From Eledone cirrhosa (taxonomy: Eukaryota): a stretch of 64,000 bases of DNA. Positions 21,631-36,600 of the stretch are shown here, in pieces. The position numbers were made by a program, and so were the translations under genes. The DNA is taken from the NCBI GenBank assembly GCA_964016885.1, contig OZ024741.1:400892001-400956000 (forward strand), written 5' to 3'. The notes under the pieces are model-generated. The model worked only from the letters and a program-made list of their open reading frames with translations. It was not told the origin of the DNA and did not search any database. Numbering within the stretch: position 1 is the first letter of the stretch; the number at the start of each line of letters is the position of its first letter.

Positions 21631-24600
21631 AAGACTACATTGGTATGGTCATGTGATGTAGTGTGTAAGAGAGAAGACTACATTGGTATGGACATGTGAT
21701 GTAGTGTGTAAGAGAGAAGACTACATTGGTATGGACATGTGATGTGATGTAGTGTGTAAGAGAGAAGACTACATTGGTATGGACATGTGATGTAGTGTGT
21801 AAGAGAGAAGACTACATTGGTATGGACATGTGATGTAGTGTGTAAGAGAGAAGACTACATTGGTATGGACATGTGATGTGATGTAGTGTGTAAGAGAGAA
21901 GACTACATTGGTATGGTCATGTGATGTATGTGTGTAAGAGAGAAGACTACATTGGTATGGACATGTGATGTAGTGTGTAAGAGAGAAGACTACATTGGTA
22001 TGGTCATGTGATGTAGTGTGTAAGAGAGAAGACTACATTGGTATGGACATGTGATGTAGTGTGTAAGAGAGAAGACCACATTGGTATGGACATGTGATGT
22101 GATGTAGTGTGTAAGAGAGAAGACTACATTGGTATGGCCATGTGATGTAGTGTGTAAGAGAGAAGACTACATTGGTATGGACATGTGATGTAGTGTGTAA
22201 GAGAGAAGACTACATTGGTATGGACATGTGATGTAGTGTGTAAGAGAGAAGACTACATTGGTATGGACATGTGATGTAGTGTGTAAGAGAGAAGACTACA
22301 TTGATATGGACATGTGATGTAGTGTGTAAGAGAGAAGACTACATTGGTATGGCCATGTGATGTAGTGTGTAAGAGAGAAGACTACATTGGTATGGTCATG
22401 TGATGTAGTGTGTAAGAGAGAAGACTACATTGGTATGGTCATGTGATGTAGTGTGTAAGAGAGAAGACTACATTGGTATGGTCATGTGATGTATGTGTGT
22501 AAGAGAGAAGACTACATTGGTTTGGACATGTGATGTAGTGTGTAAGAGAGAAGACTACATTGATATGGACATGTGATGTAGTGTGTAAGAGAGAAGACTA
22601 CTTTGGTATGGACATGTGATGTGATGTAGTTTGTAAGAGAGAAGACTACATTGGTATGGTCATGTGATGTGATGTAGTGTGTAAGAGAGAAGACTACATT
22701 GGTATGGCCATGTGATGTAGTGTGTAAGAGAGAAGACTACATTGGTATGGTCATGTGATGTAGTGTGTAAGAGAGAAGACTACATTGGTATGGACATGTG
22801 ATGTAGTGTGTAAGAGAGAAGACTACATTGGTATGGACATGTGATGTAGTGTGTAAGAGAGAAGACTACATTGGTATGGACATGTGATGTAGTGTGTAAG
22901 AGAGAAGACTACATTGGTATGGACATGTGATGTAGTGTGTAAGAGAGAAGACTACATTGGTATGGACATGTGATGTAGTGTGTAAGAGAGAAGACCACAT
23001 TGGTATGGACATGTGATGTAGTGTGTAAGAGAGAAGACTACATTGGTATGGACATGTGATGTAGTGTGTAAGAGAGAAGACTACATTGGTATGGACATGT
23101 GATGTGATGTAGTGTGTAAGAGAGAAGACTACATTGGTATGGACATGTGATGTAGTGTGTAAGAGAGAAGACTACATTGGTATGGCCATGTGATGTAGTG
23201 TGTAAGAGAGAAGACTACATTGGTATGGACATGTGATGTAGTGTGTAAGAGAGAAGACTACATTGGTATGGTCATGTGATGTAGTGTGTAAGAGAGAAGA
23301 CTACATTGGTATGGACATGTGATGTAGTGTGTAAGAGAGAAGACTACATTGGTATGGTCATGTGATGTAGTGTGTAAGAGAGAAGACTACATTGGTATGG
23401 CCATGTGATGTAGTGTGTAAGAGAGAAGACTACATTGGTATGGCCATGTGATGTAGTGTGTAAGAGAGAAGACTACATTGGTATGGCCATGTGATGTAGT
23501 GTGTAAGAGAGAAGACTACATTGGTATGGACATGTGATGTAGTGTGTAAGAGAGAAGACTACATTGGTATGGCCATGTGATGTAGTGTGTAAGAGAGAAG
23601 ACTACATTGGTATGGACATGTGATGTGATGTAGTGTGTAAGGGAGAAGACTACATTGGTATGGACATGTGATGTAGTGTGTAAGAGAGAAGACTACATTG
23701 GTATGGACATGTGATGTGATGTAGTGTGTAAGAGAGAAGACTACATTGGTATGGACATGTGATGTGATGTAGTGTGTAAGAGAGATGACTACATTGGTAT
23801 GGACATGTGATGTAGTGTGTAAGAGAGAAGACTACATTGGTATGGTCATGTGATGTAGTGTGTATGAGAGAAGACTACATTGGTATGGTCATGTGATGTG
23901 ATGTAGTGTGTAAGAGAGAAGACTACATTGGTATGGACATGTGATGTGATGTAGTGTGTAAGAGAGAAGACTACATTGGTATGGCCATGTGATGTGATGT
24001 AGTGTGTAAGAGAGATGACTACATTGGTATGGCCATGTGATGTAGTGTGTAAGAGAGAAGACTACATTGGTATGGTCATGTGATGTAGTGTGTAAGAGAG
24101 AAGACTACATTGGTATGGTCATGTGATGTGATGTAGTGTGTAAGAGAGAAGACTACATTGGTATGGACATGTGATGTGATGTAGTGTGTAAGAGAGAAGA
24201 CTACATTGGTATGGCCATGTGATGTGATGTAGTGTGTAAGAGAGATGACTACATTGGTATGGACATGTGATGTAGTGTGTAAGAGAGAAGACTACATTGG
24301 TATGGCCATGTGATGTAGTGTGTAAGAGAGAAGACTACATTGGTATGGCCATGTGATGTAGTGTGTAAGAGAGAAGACTACATTGGTATGGTCATGTGAT
24401 GTGATGTAGTGTGTAAGAGAGAAGACTACATTGGTATGGCCATGTGATGTAGTGTGTAAGAGAGAAGACTACATTGGTATGGCCATGTGATGTAGTGTGT
24501 GATAGAGAAGACTACATTGGTATGGACATGTGATGTAGTGTGTAAGAGAGAAGACTACATTGGTATGGACATGTGATGTAGTGTGTAAGAGAGAAGACTA

Positions 24601-27600
24601 CATTGGTATGGACATGTGATGTGATGTAGTGTGTAAGAGAGAAGACTACATTGGTATGGTCATGTGATGTATGTGTGTAAGAGAGAAGACTACATTGGTA
24701 TGGACATGTGATGTAGTGTGTAAGAGAGAAGACTACATTGGTATGGTCATGTGATGTAGTGTGTAAGAGAGAAGACTACATTGGTATGGACATGTGATGT
24801 AGTGTGTAAGAGAGAAGACCACATTGGTATGGACATGTGATGTGATGTAGTGTGTAAGAGAGAAGACTACATTGGTATGGCCATGTGATGTGATGTAGTG
24901 TGTAAGAGAGATGACTACATTGGTATGGACATGTGATGTAGTGTGTAAGAGAGAAGACTACATTGGTATGGCCATGTGATGTAGTGTGTAAGAGAGAAGA
25001 CTACATTGGTATGGCCATGTGATGTAGTGTGTAAGAGAGAAGACTACATTGGTATGGCCATGTGATGTAGTGTGTAAGAGAGAAGACTACATTGGTATGG
25101 TCATGTGATGTAGTGTGTAAGAGAGAAGACTACATTGGTATGGTCATGTGATGTGATGTAGTGTGTAAGAGAGAAGACTACATTGGTATGGCCATGTGAT
25201 GTAGTGTGTAAGAGAGAAGACTACATTGGTATGGCCATGTGATGTAGTGTGTAAGAGAGAAGACTACATTGGTATGGCCATGTGATGTAGTGTGTAAGAG
25301 AGAAGACTACATTGGTATGGACATGTGATGTAGTGTGTAAGAGAGAAGACTACATTGGTATGGTCATGTGATGTAGTGTGTAAGAGAGAAGACTACATTG
25401 GTATGGACATGTGATGTAGTGTGTAAGAGAGAAGACTACATTGGTATGGTCATGTGATGTAGTGTGTAAGAGAGAAGACTACATTGGTATGGCCATGTGA
25501 TGTAGTGTGTAAGAGAGAAGACTACATTGGTATGGCCATGTGATGTAGTGTGTAAGAGAGAAGACTACATTGGTATGGCCATGTGATGTAGTGTGTAAGA
25601 GAGAAGACTACATTGGTATGGACATGTGATGTAGTGTGTAAGAGAGAAGACTACATTGGTATGGCCATGTGATGTAGTGTGTAAGAGAGAAGACTACATT
25701 GGTATGGACATGTGATGTAGTGTGTAAGAGAGAAGACTACATTGGTATGGTCATGTGATGTAGTGTGTAAGAGAGAAGACTACATTGGTATGGTCATGTG
25801 ATGTGATGTAGTGTGTAAGAGAGAAGACTACATTGGTATGGACATGTGATGTGATGTAGTGTGTAAGAGAGAAGACTACATTGGTATGGCCATGTGATGT
25901 GATGTAGTGTGTAAGAGAGATGACTACATTGGTATGGACATGTGATGTAGTGTGTAAGAGAGAAGACTACATTGGTATGGCCATGTGATGTAGTGTGTAA
26001 GAGAGAAGACTACATTGGTATGGCCATGTGATGTAGTGTGTAAGAGAGAAGACTACATTGGTATGGTCATGTGATGTGATGTAGTGTGTAAGAGAGAAGA
26101 CTACATTGGTATGGCCATGTGATGTAGTGTGTAAGAGAGAAGACTACATTGGTATGGCCATGTGATGTAGTGTGTGATAGAGAAGACTACATTGGTATGG
26201 ACATGTGATGTAGTGTGTAAGAGAGAAGACTACATTGGTATGGACATGTGATGTAGTGTGTAAGAGAGAAGACTACATTGGTATGGACATGTGATGTGAT
26301 GTAGTGTGTAAGAGAGAAGACTACATTGGTATGGTCATGTGATGTATGTGTGTAAGAGAGAAGACTACATTGGTATGGACATGTGATGTAGTGTGTAAGA
26401 GAGAAGACTACTTTGGTATGGTCATGTGATGTAGTGTGTAAGAGAGAAGACTACATTGGTATGGACATGTGATGTAGTGTGTAAGAGAGAAGACCACATT
26501 GGTATGGACATGTGATGTGATGTAGTGTGTAAGAGAGAAGACTACATTGGTATGGCCATGTGATGTGATGTAGTGTGTAAGAGAGATGACTACATTGGTA
26601 TGGACATGTGATGTAGTGTGTAAGAGAGAAGACTACATTGGTATGGCCATGTGATGTAGTGTGTAAGAGAGAAGACTACATTGGTATGGCCATGTGATGT
26701 AGTGTGTAAGAGAGAAGACTACATTGGTATGGCCATGTGATGTAGTGTGTAAGAGAGAAGACTACATTGGTATGGTCATGTGATGTAGTGTGTAAGAGAG
26801 AAGACTACATTGGTATGGTCATGTGATGTGATGTAGTGTGTAAGAGAGAAGACTACGTTGGTATGGCCATGTGATGTAGTGTGTAAGAGAGAAGACTACA
26901 TTGGTATGGCCATGTGATGTAGTGTGTAAGAGAGAAGACTACATTGGTATGGCCATGTGATGTAGTGTGTAAGAGAGAAGACTACATTGGTATGGACATG
27001 TGATGTAGTGTGTAAGAGAGAAGACTACATTGGTATGGTCATGTGATGTAGTGTGTAAGAGAGAAGACTACATTGGTATGGACATGTGATGTAGTGTGTA
27101 AGAGAGAAGACTACATTGGTATGGTCATGTGATGTAGTGTGTAAGAGAGAAGACTACATTGGTATGGCCATGTGATGTAGTGTGTAAGAGAGAAGACTAC
27201 ATTGGTATGGCCATGTGATGTAGTGTGTAAGAGAGAAGACTACATTGGTATGGCCATGTGATGTAGTGTGTAAGAGAGAAGACTACATTGGTATGGACAT
27301 GTGATGTAGTGTGTAAGAGAGAAGACTACATTGGTATGGCCATGTGATGTAGTGTGTAAGAGAGAAGACTACATTGGTATGGACATGTGATGTGATGTAG
27401 TGTGTAAGGGAGAAGACTACATTGGTATGGACATGTGATGTAGTGTGTAAGAGAGAAGACTACATTGGTATGGACATGTGATGTGATGTAGTGTGTAAGA
27501 GAGAAGACTACATTGGTATGGACATGTGATGTGATGTAGTGTGTAAGAGAGATGACTACATTGGTATGGACATGTGATGTAGTGTGTAAGAGAGAAGACT

Positions 27601-30600
27601 ACATTGGTATGGTCATGTGATGTAGTGTGTAAGAGAGAAGACTACATTGGTATGGTCATGTGATGTGATGTAGTGTGTAAGAGAGAAGACTACATTGGTA
27701 TGGACATGTGATGTGATGTAGTGTGTAAGAGAGAAGACTACATTGGTATGGCCATGTGATGTGATGTAGTGTGTAAGAGAGATGACTACATTGGTATGGA
27801 CATGTGATGTAGTGTGTAAGAGAGAAGACTACATTGGTATGGCCATGTGATGTAGTGTGTAAGAGAGAAGACTACATTGGTATGGTCATGTGATGTAGTG
27901 TGTAAGAGAGAAGACTACATTGGTATGGTCATGTGATGTGATGTAGTGTGTAAGAGAGAAGACTACATTGGTATGGACATGTGATGTGATGTAGTGTGTA
28001 AGAGAGAAGACTACATTGGTATGGCCATGTGATGTGATGTAGTGTGTAAGAGAGATGACTACATTGGTATGGACATGTGATGTAGTGTGTAAGAGAGAAG
28101 ACTACATTGGTATGGCCATGTGATGTAGTGTGTAAGAGAGAAGACTACATTGGTATGGCCATGTGATGTAGTGTGTAAGACAGAAGACTACATTGGTATG
28201 GTCATGTGATGTGATGTAGTGTGTAAGAGAGAAGACTACATTGGTATGGCCATGTGATGTAGTGTGTAAGAGAGAAGACTACATTGGTATGGCCATGTGA
28301 TGTAGTGTGTAAGAGAGAAGACTACATTGGTATGGACATGTCATGTGATGTAGTGTGTAAGAGAGAAGACTACATTGGTATGGCCATGTGATGTGATGTA
28401 GTGTGTAAGAGAGATGACTACATTGGTATGGACATGTGATGTAGTGTGTAAGAGAGAAGACTACATTGGTATGGACATGTGATGTAGTGTGTAAGAGAGA
28501 AGACTACATTGGTATGGACATGTGATGTGATGTAGTGTGTAAGAGAGAAGACTACATTGGTATGGTCATGTGATGTATGTGTGTAAGAGAGAAGACTACA
28601 TTGGTATGGACATGTGATGTAGTGTGTAAGAGAGAAGACTACATTGGTATGGTCATGTGATGTAGTGTGTAAGAGAGAAGACTACATTGGTATGGACATG
28701 TGATGTAGTGTGTAAGAGAGAAGACCACATTGGTATGGACATGTGATGTGATGTAGTGTGTAAGAGAGAAGACTACATTGGTATGGCCATGTGATGTGAT
28801 GTAGTGTGTAAGAGAGATGACTACATTGGTATGGACATGTGATGTAGTGTGTAAGAGAGAAGACTACATTGGTATGGCCATGTGATGTAGTGTGTAAGAG
28901 AGAAGACTACATTGGTATGGCCATGTGATGTAGTGTGTAAGAGAGAAGACTACATTGGTATGGTCATGTGATGTGATGTAGTGTGTAAGAGAGAAGACTA
29001 CATTGGTATGGCCATGTGATGTAGTGTGTAAGAGAGAAGACTACATTGGTATGGCCATGTGATGTAGTGTGTAAGAGAGAAGACTACATTGGTATGGACA
29101 TGTCATGTGATGTAGTCTGTAAGAGAGAAGACTACATTGGTATGGCCATGTGATGTGATGTAGTGTGTAAGAGAGATGACTACATTGGTATGGACATGTG
29201 ATGTAGTGTGTAAGAGATAAGACTACATTGGTATGGACATGTGATGTAGTGTGTAAGAGAGAAGACTACATTGGTATGGACATGTGATGTGATGTAGTGT
29301 GTAAGAGAGAAGACTACATTGGTATGGTCATGTGATGTATGTGTGTAAGAGAGAAGACTACATTGGTATGGACATGTGATGTAGTGTGTAAGAGAGAAGA
29401 CTACATTGGTATGGTCATGTGATGTAGTGTGTAAGAGAGAAGACTACATTGGTATGGACATGTGATGTAGTGTGTAAGAGAGAAGACCACATTGGTATGG
29501 ACATGTGATGTGATGTAGTGTGTAAGAGAGAAGACTACATTGGTATGGTCATGTGATGTAGTGTGTAAGAGAGAAGACTACATTGGTATGGACATGTGAT
29601 GTAGTGTGTAAGAGAGAAGACTACATTGGTATGGACATGTGATGTAGTGTGTAAGAGAGAAGACTACATTGGTATGGTCATGTGATGTAGTGTGTAAGAG
29701 AGAAGACTACATTGGTATGGTCATGTGATGTATGTGTGTAAGAGAGAAGACTACATTCGTTTGGACATGTGCTGTAGTGTGTAAGAGAGAAGACTACATT
29801 GATATGGACATGTGATGTAGTGTGTAAGAGAGAAGACTACATTGGTATGGACATGTGATGTGATGTAGTTTGTAAGAGAGAAGACTACATTGGTATGGTC
29901 ATGTGATGTGATGTAGTGTGTAAGAGAGAAGACTACATTGGTATGGACATGTGATGTAGTGTGTAAGAGAGAAGACTACATTGGTATGGACATGTGATGT
30001 AGTGTGTAAGAGAGAAGACTACATTGGTATGGACATGTGATGTGATGTAGTTTGTAAGAGAGAAGACTACATTGGTATGGTCATGTGATGTGATGTAGTG
30101 TGTAAGAGAGAAGACTACATTCGTATGGACATGTGATGTAGTGTGTAAGAGAGAAGACTACATTGGTATGGTCATGTGATGTAGTGTGTAAGAGAGAAGA
30201 CTACATTGGTATGGTCATGTGATGTATGTGTGTAAGAGAGAAGACTACATTGGTTTGGACATGTGATGTAGTGTGTAAGAGAGAAGACTACATTGATATG
30301 GACATGTGATGTAGTGTGTAAGAGAGAAGACTACATTGGTATGGACATGTGATGTGATGTAGTTTGTAAGAGAGAAGACTACATTGGTATGGTCATGTGA
30401 TGTGATGTAGTGTGTAAGAGAGAAGACTACATTCGTATGGACATGTGATGTAGTGTGTAAGAGAGAAGACTACATTGGTATGGACATGTGATGTAGTGTG
30501 TAAGAGAGAAGACTACATTGGTATGGACATGTGATGTGATGTAGTGTGAAGAGAGAAGACTACATTGGTATGGACATGTGATGTAGTGTGTAAGAGAGAA

Positions 30601-33600
30601 GACTACATTGGTATGGCCATGTGATGTAGTGTGTAAGAGAGAAGACTACATTGGTATGGACATGTGATGTAGTGTGTAAGAGAGAAGACTACATTGGTAT
30701 GGACATGTGATGTAGTGTGTAAGAGAGAAGACTACATTGGTATGGTCATGTGATGTAGTGTGTAAGAGAGAAGACTACATTGGTATGGTCATGTGATGTA
30801 TGTGTGTAAGAGAGAAGACTACATTGGTTTGGACATGTGATGTAGTGTGTAAGAGAGAAGACTACATTGATATGGACATGTGATGTAGTGTGTAAGAGAG
30901 AAGACTACATTGGTATGGACATGTGATGTGATGTAGTTTGTAAGAGAGAAGACTACATTGGTATGGTCATGTGATGTGATGTAGTGTGTAAGAGAGAAGA
31001 CTACATTGGTATGGACATGTGATGTAGTGTGTAAGAGAGAAGACTACATTGGTATGGACATGTTATGTAGTGTGTAAGAGAGAAGACTACATTGGTATGG
31101 ACATGTGATGTGATGTAGTGTGTAAGAGAGAAGACTACATTGGTATGGACATGTGATGAATTTTTTAAAGAGAAGACTACATTGGTATGGCCATGTGATG
31201 TAGTGTGTAAGAGAGAAGACTACATTGGTATGGACATGTGATGTAGTGTGTAAGAGAGAAGACTACATTGGTATGGTCATGTGATGTAGTGCGTAAGAGA
31301 GAAGACTACATTGGTATGGACATGTGATGTAGTGTGTAAGAGAGAAGACTACATTGGTATGGTCATGTGATGTAGTGTGTAAGAGAGAAGACTACATTGG
31401 TATGGCCATGTGATGTAGTGTGTAAGAGAGAAGACTACATTGGTATGGCCATGTGATGTAGTGTGTAAGAGAGAAGACTACATTGGTATGGCCATGTGAT
31501 GTAGTGTGTAAGAGAGAAGACTACATTGGTATGGAGATGTGATGTAGTGTGTAAGAGAGAAGACTACATTGGTATGGCCATATGATGTAGTGTGTAAGAG
31601 AGAAGACTACATTGGTATGGACATGTGATGTGATGTAGTGTGTAAGAGAGAAGACTACATTGGTATGGACATGTGATGTAGTGTGTAAGAGAGAAGACTA
31701 CATTGGTATGGACATGTGATGTGATGTAGTGTGTAAGAGAGAAGACTACATTGGTATGGACATGTGATGTAGTGTGTAAGAGAGAAGACTACATTGGTAT
31801 GGTCATGTGATGTAGTGTGTAAGAGAGAAGACTACATTGGTATGGTCATGTGATGTGATGTAGTGTGTAAGAGAGAAGACTACATTGGTATGGACATGTG
31901 ATGTGATGTAGTGTGTAAGAGAGAAGACTACATTGGTATGGCCATGTGATGTGATGTAGTGTGTAAGAGAGTTGACTACATTGGTATGGACATGTGATGT
32001 AGTGTGTAAGAGAGAAGACTACATTGGTATGGTCATGTGATGTAGTGTGTAAGAGAGAAGACTACATTGGTATGGTCATGTGATGTAGTGTGTAAGAAAG
32101 AAGACTACATTGGTATGGTCATGTGATGTGATGTAGTGTGTAAGAGAGAAGACTACATTGGTATGGACATGTGATGTGATGTAGTGTGTAAGAGAGAAGA
32201 CTACATTGGTATGGCCATGTGATGTGATGTAGTGTGTAAGAGAGATGACTACATTGGTATGGACATGTGATGTAGTGTGTAAGAGAGAAGACTACATTGG
32301 TATGGCCATGTGATGTAGTGTGTAAGAGAGAAGACTACATTGGTATGGCCATGTGATGTAGTGTGTAAGAGAGAAGACTACATTGGTATGGTCATGTGAT
32401 GTGATGTAGTGTGTAAGAGAGAAGACTACATTGGTATGGCCATGTGATGTAGTGTGTAAGAGAGAAGACTACATTGGTATGGCCATGTGATGTAGTGTGT
32501 AAGAGAGAAGACTACATTGGTATGGACATGTGATGTAGTGTGTAAGAGAGAAGACTACATTGGTATGGCCATGTGATGTAGTGTGTAAGAGAGAAGACTA
32601 CATTGGTATGGCCATGTGATGTAGTGTGTAAGAGAGAAGACTACATTGGTATGGTCATGTGATGTGATGTAGTGTGTAAGAGAGAAGACTACATTGGTAT
32701 GGCCATGTGATGTAGTGTGTAAGAGAGAAGACTACATTGGTATGGTCATGTGATGTATGTGTGTAAGAGAGAAGACTACATTGGTATGGACATGTGATGT
32801 AGTGTGTAAGAGAGAAGACTACATTGGTATGGACATGTGATGTAGTGTGTAAGAGAGAAGACCACATTGGTATGGACATGTGATGTGATGTAGTGTGTAA
32901 GAGAGAAGACTACATTGGTATGGTCATGTGATGTAGTGTGTAAGAGAGAAGACTACATTGGTATGGACATGTGATGTAGTGTGTAAGAGAGAAGACTACA
33001 TTGGTATGGACATGTGATGTAGTGTGTAAGAGAGAAGACTACATTGGTATGGTCATGTGATGTAGTGTGTAAGAGAGAAGACTACATTGGTATGGTCATG
33101 TGATGTATGTGTGTAAGAGAGAAGACTACATTGGTTTGGACATGTGATGTAGTGTGTAAGAGAGAAGACTACATTGATATGGACATGTGATGTAGTGTGT
33201 AAGAGAGAAGACTACATTGGTATGGACATGTGATGTGATGTAGTTTGTAAGAGAGAAGACTACATTGGTATGGTCATGTGATGTGATGTAGTGTGTAAGA
33301 GAGAAGACTACATTGGTATGGACATGTGATGTAGTGTGTAAGAGAGAAGACTACATTGGTATGGACATGTGATGTAGTGTGTGAGAGAGAAGACTACATT
33401 GGCATGGACATGTGATGTAGTGTGTAAGAGAGAAGACTACATTGGTATGGCCATGTGATGTAGTGTGTAAGAGAGAAGACTACATTGGTATGGACATGTG
33501 ATGTAGTGTGTAAGAGAGAAGACTACATTGGTATGGACATGTGATGTAGTGTGTAAGAGAGAAGACTACATTGGTATGGTCATGTGATGTAGTGTGTAAG

Positions 33601-36600
33601 AGAGAAGACTACATTGGTATGGACATGTGATGTATGTGTGTAAGAGAGAAGACTACATTGGTTTGGACATGTGATGTAGTGTGTAAGAGAGAAGACTACA
33701 TTGATATGGACATGTGATGTAGTGTGTAAGAGAGAAGACTACATTGGTATGGACATGTGATGTGATGTAGTTTGTAAGAGAGAAGACGACATTGGTATGG
33801 TCATGTGATGTGATGTAGTGTGTAAGAGAGAAGACTACATTGGTATGGACATGTGATGTGATGTAGTGTGTAAGAGAGAAGACTACATTGGTATGGTCAT
33901 GTGATGTATGTGTGTAAGAGAGGAGACTACATTGGTATGGACATGTGATGTAGTGTGTAAGAGAGAAGACTACATTGGTATGGTCATGTGATGTAGTGTG
34001 TAAGAGAGAAGACTACATTGGTATGGACATGTGATGTAGTGTGTAAGAGAGAAGACCACATTGGTATGGACATGTGATGTGATGTAATGTGTAAGAGAGA
34101 AGACTACATTGGTATGGCCATGTGATGTAGTGTGTAAGAGAGAAGACTACATTGGTATGGACATGTGATGTAGTGTGTAAGAGAGAAGACTACATTGGTA
34201 TGGACATGTGATGTAGTGTGTAAGAGAGAAGACTACATTGGTATGGTCATGTGATGTAGTGTGTAAGAGAGAAGACTACATTGGTATGGTCATGTGATGT
34301 ATGTGTGTAAGAGAGAAGACTACATTGGTTTGGACATGTGATGTAGTTTGTAAGAGAGAAGACTACATTGATATGGACATGTGATGTAGTGTGTAAGAGA
34401 GAAGACTACATTGGTATGGACATGTGATGTGATGTAGTTTGTAAGAGAGAAGACTACATTGGTATGGTCATGTGATGTGATGTAGTGTGTAAGAGAGAAG
34501 ACTACATTCGTATGGACATGTGATGTAGTGTGTAAGAGAGAAGACTACATTGGTATGGACATGTGATGTAGTGTGTAAGAGAGAAGACTACATTGGTATG
34601 GACATGTGATGTGATGTAGTGTGAAGAGAGAAGACTACATTGGTATGGACATGTGATGTAGTGTGTAAGAGAGAAGACTACATTGGTATGGCCATGTGAT
34701 GTAGTGTGTAAGAGAGAAGACTACATTGGTATGGACATGTGATGTAGTGTGTAAGAGAGAAGACTACATTGGTATGGACATGTGATGTAGTGTGTAAGAG
34801 AGAAGACTACATTGGTATGGTCATGTGATGTAGTGTGTAAGAGAGAAGACTACATTGGTATGGTCATGTGATGTATGTGTGTAAGAGAGAAGACTACATT
34901 GGTTTGGACATGTGATGTAGTGTGTAAGAGAGAAGACTACATTGATATGGACATGTGATGTAGTGTGTAAGAGAGAAGACTACATTGGTTTGGACATGTG
35001 ATGTGATGTAGTTTGTAAGAGAGAAGACTACATTGGTATGGTCATGTGATGTGATGTAGTGTGTAAGAGAGAAGACTACATTGGTATGGACATGTGATGT
35101 AGTGTGTAAGAGAGAAGACTACATTGGTATGGACATGTGATGTAGTGTGTAAGAGAGAAGACTACATTGGTATGGACATGTGATGTGATGTAGTGTGTAA
35201 GAGAGAAGACTACATTGGTATGGACATGTGATGTAGTGTGTAAGAGAGAAGACTACATTGGTATGGCCATGTGATGTAGTGTGTAAGAGAGAAGACTACA
35301 TTGGTATGGACATGTGATGTAGTGTGTAAGAGAGAAGACTACATTGTTATGGTCATGTGATGTAGTGTGTAAGAGAGAAGACTACATTGGTATGGACATG
35401 TGATGTAGTGTGTAAGAGAGAAGACTACATTGGTATGGTTATGTGATGTAGTGTGTAAGAGAGAAGACTACATTGGTATGGCCATGTGATGTAGTGTGTA
35501 AGAGAGAAGACTACATTGGTATGGCCATGTGATGTAGTGTGTAAGAGAGAAGACTACATTGGTATGGCCATGTGATGTAGTGTGTAAGAGAGAAGACTAC
35601 ATTGGTATGGAGATGTGATGTAGTGTGTAAGAGAGAAGACTACATTGGTATGGCCATGTGATGTAGTGTGTAAGAGAGAAGACTACATTGGTATGGCCAT
35701 ATGATGTAGTGTGTAAGAGAGAAGACTACATTGGTATGGACATGTGATGTGATGTAGTGTGTAAGAGAGAAGACTACATTGGTATGGACATGTGATGTAG
35801 TGTGTAAGAGAGAAGACTACATTGGTATGGACATGTGATGTGATGTAGTGTGTAAGAGAGAAGACTACATTGGTATGGACATGTGATGTAGTGTGTAAGA
35901 GAGAAGACTACATTGGTATGGTCATGTGATGTAGTGTGTAAGAGAGAAGACTACATTGGTGTGGTCATGTGATGTGATGTAGTGTGTAAGAGAGAAGACT
36001 ACATTGGTATGGACATGTGATGTGATGTAGTGTGTAAGAGAGAAGACTACATTGGTATGGCCATGTGATGTGATGTAGTGTGTAAGAGAGTTGACTACAT
36101 TGGTATGGACATGTGATGTAGTGTGTAAGAGAGAAGACTACATTGGTATGGTCATGTGATGTAGTGTGTAAGAGAGAAGACTACATTGGTATGGTCATGT
36201 GATGTAGTGTGTAAGAAAGAAGACTACATTGGTATGGTCATGTGATGTGATGTAGTGTGTAAGAGAGAAGACTACATTGGTATGGACATGTGATGTGATG
36301 TAGTGTGTAAGAGAGAAGACTACATTGGTATGGCCATGTGATGTGATGTAGTGTGTAAGAGAGATGACTACATTGGTATGGACATGTGATGTAGTGTGTA
36401 AGAGAGAAGACTACATTGGTATGGCCATGTGATGTAGTGTGTAAGAGAGAAGACTACATTGGTATGGCCATGTGATGTAGTGTGTAAGAGAGAAGACTAC
36501 ATTGGTATGGTCATGTGATGTGATGTAGTGTGTAAGAGAGAAGACTACATTGGTATGGCCATGTGATGTAGTGTGTAAGAGAGAAGACTACATTGGTATG

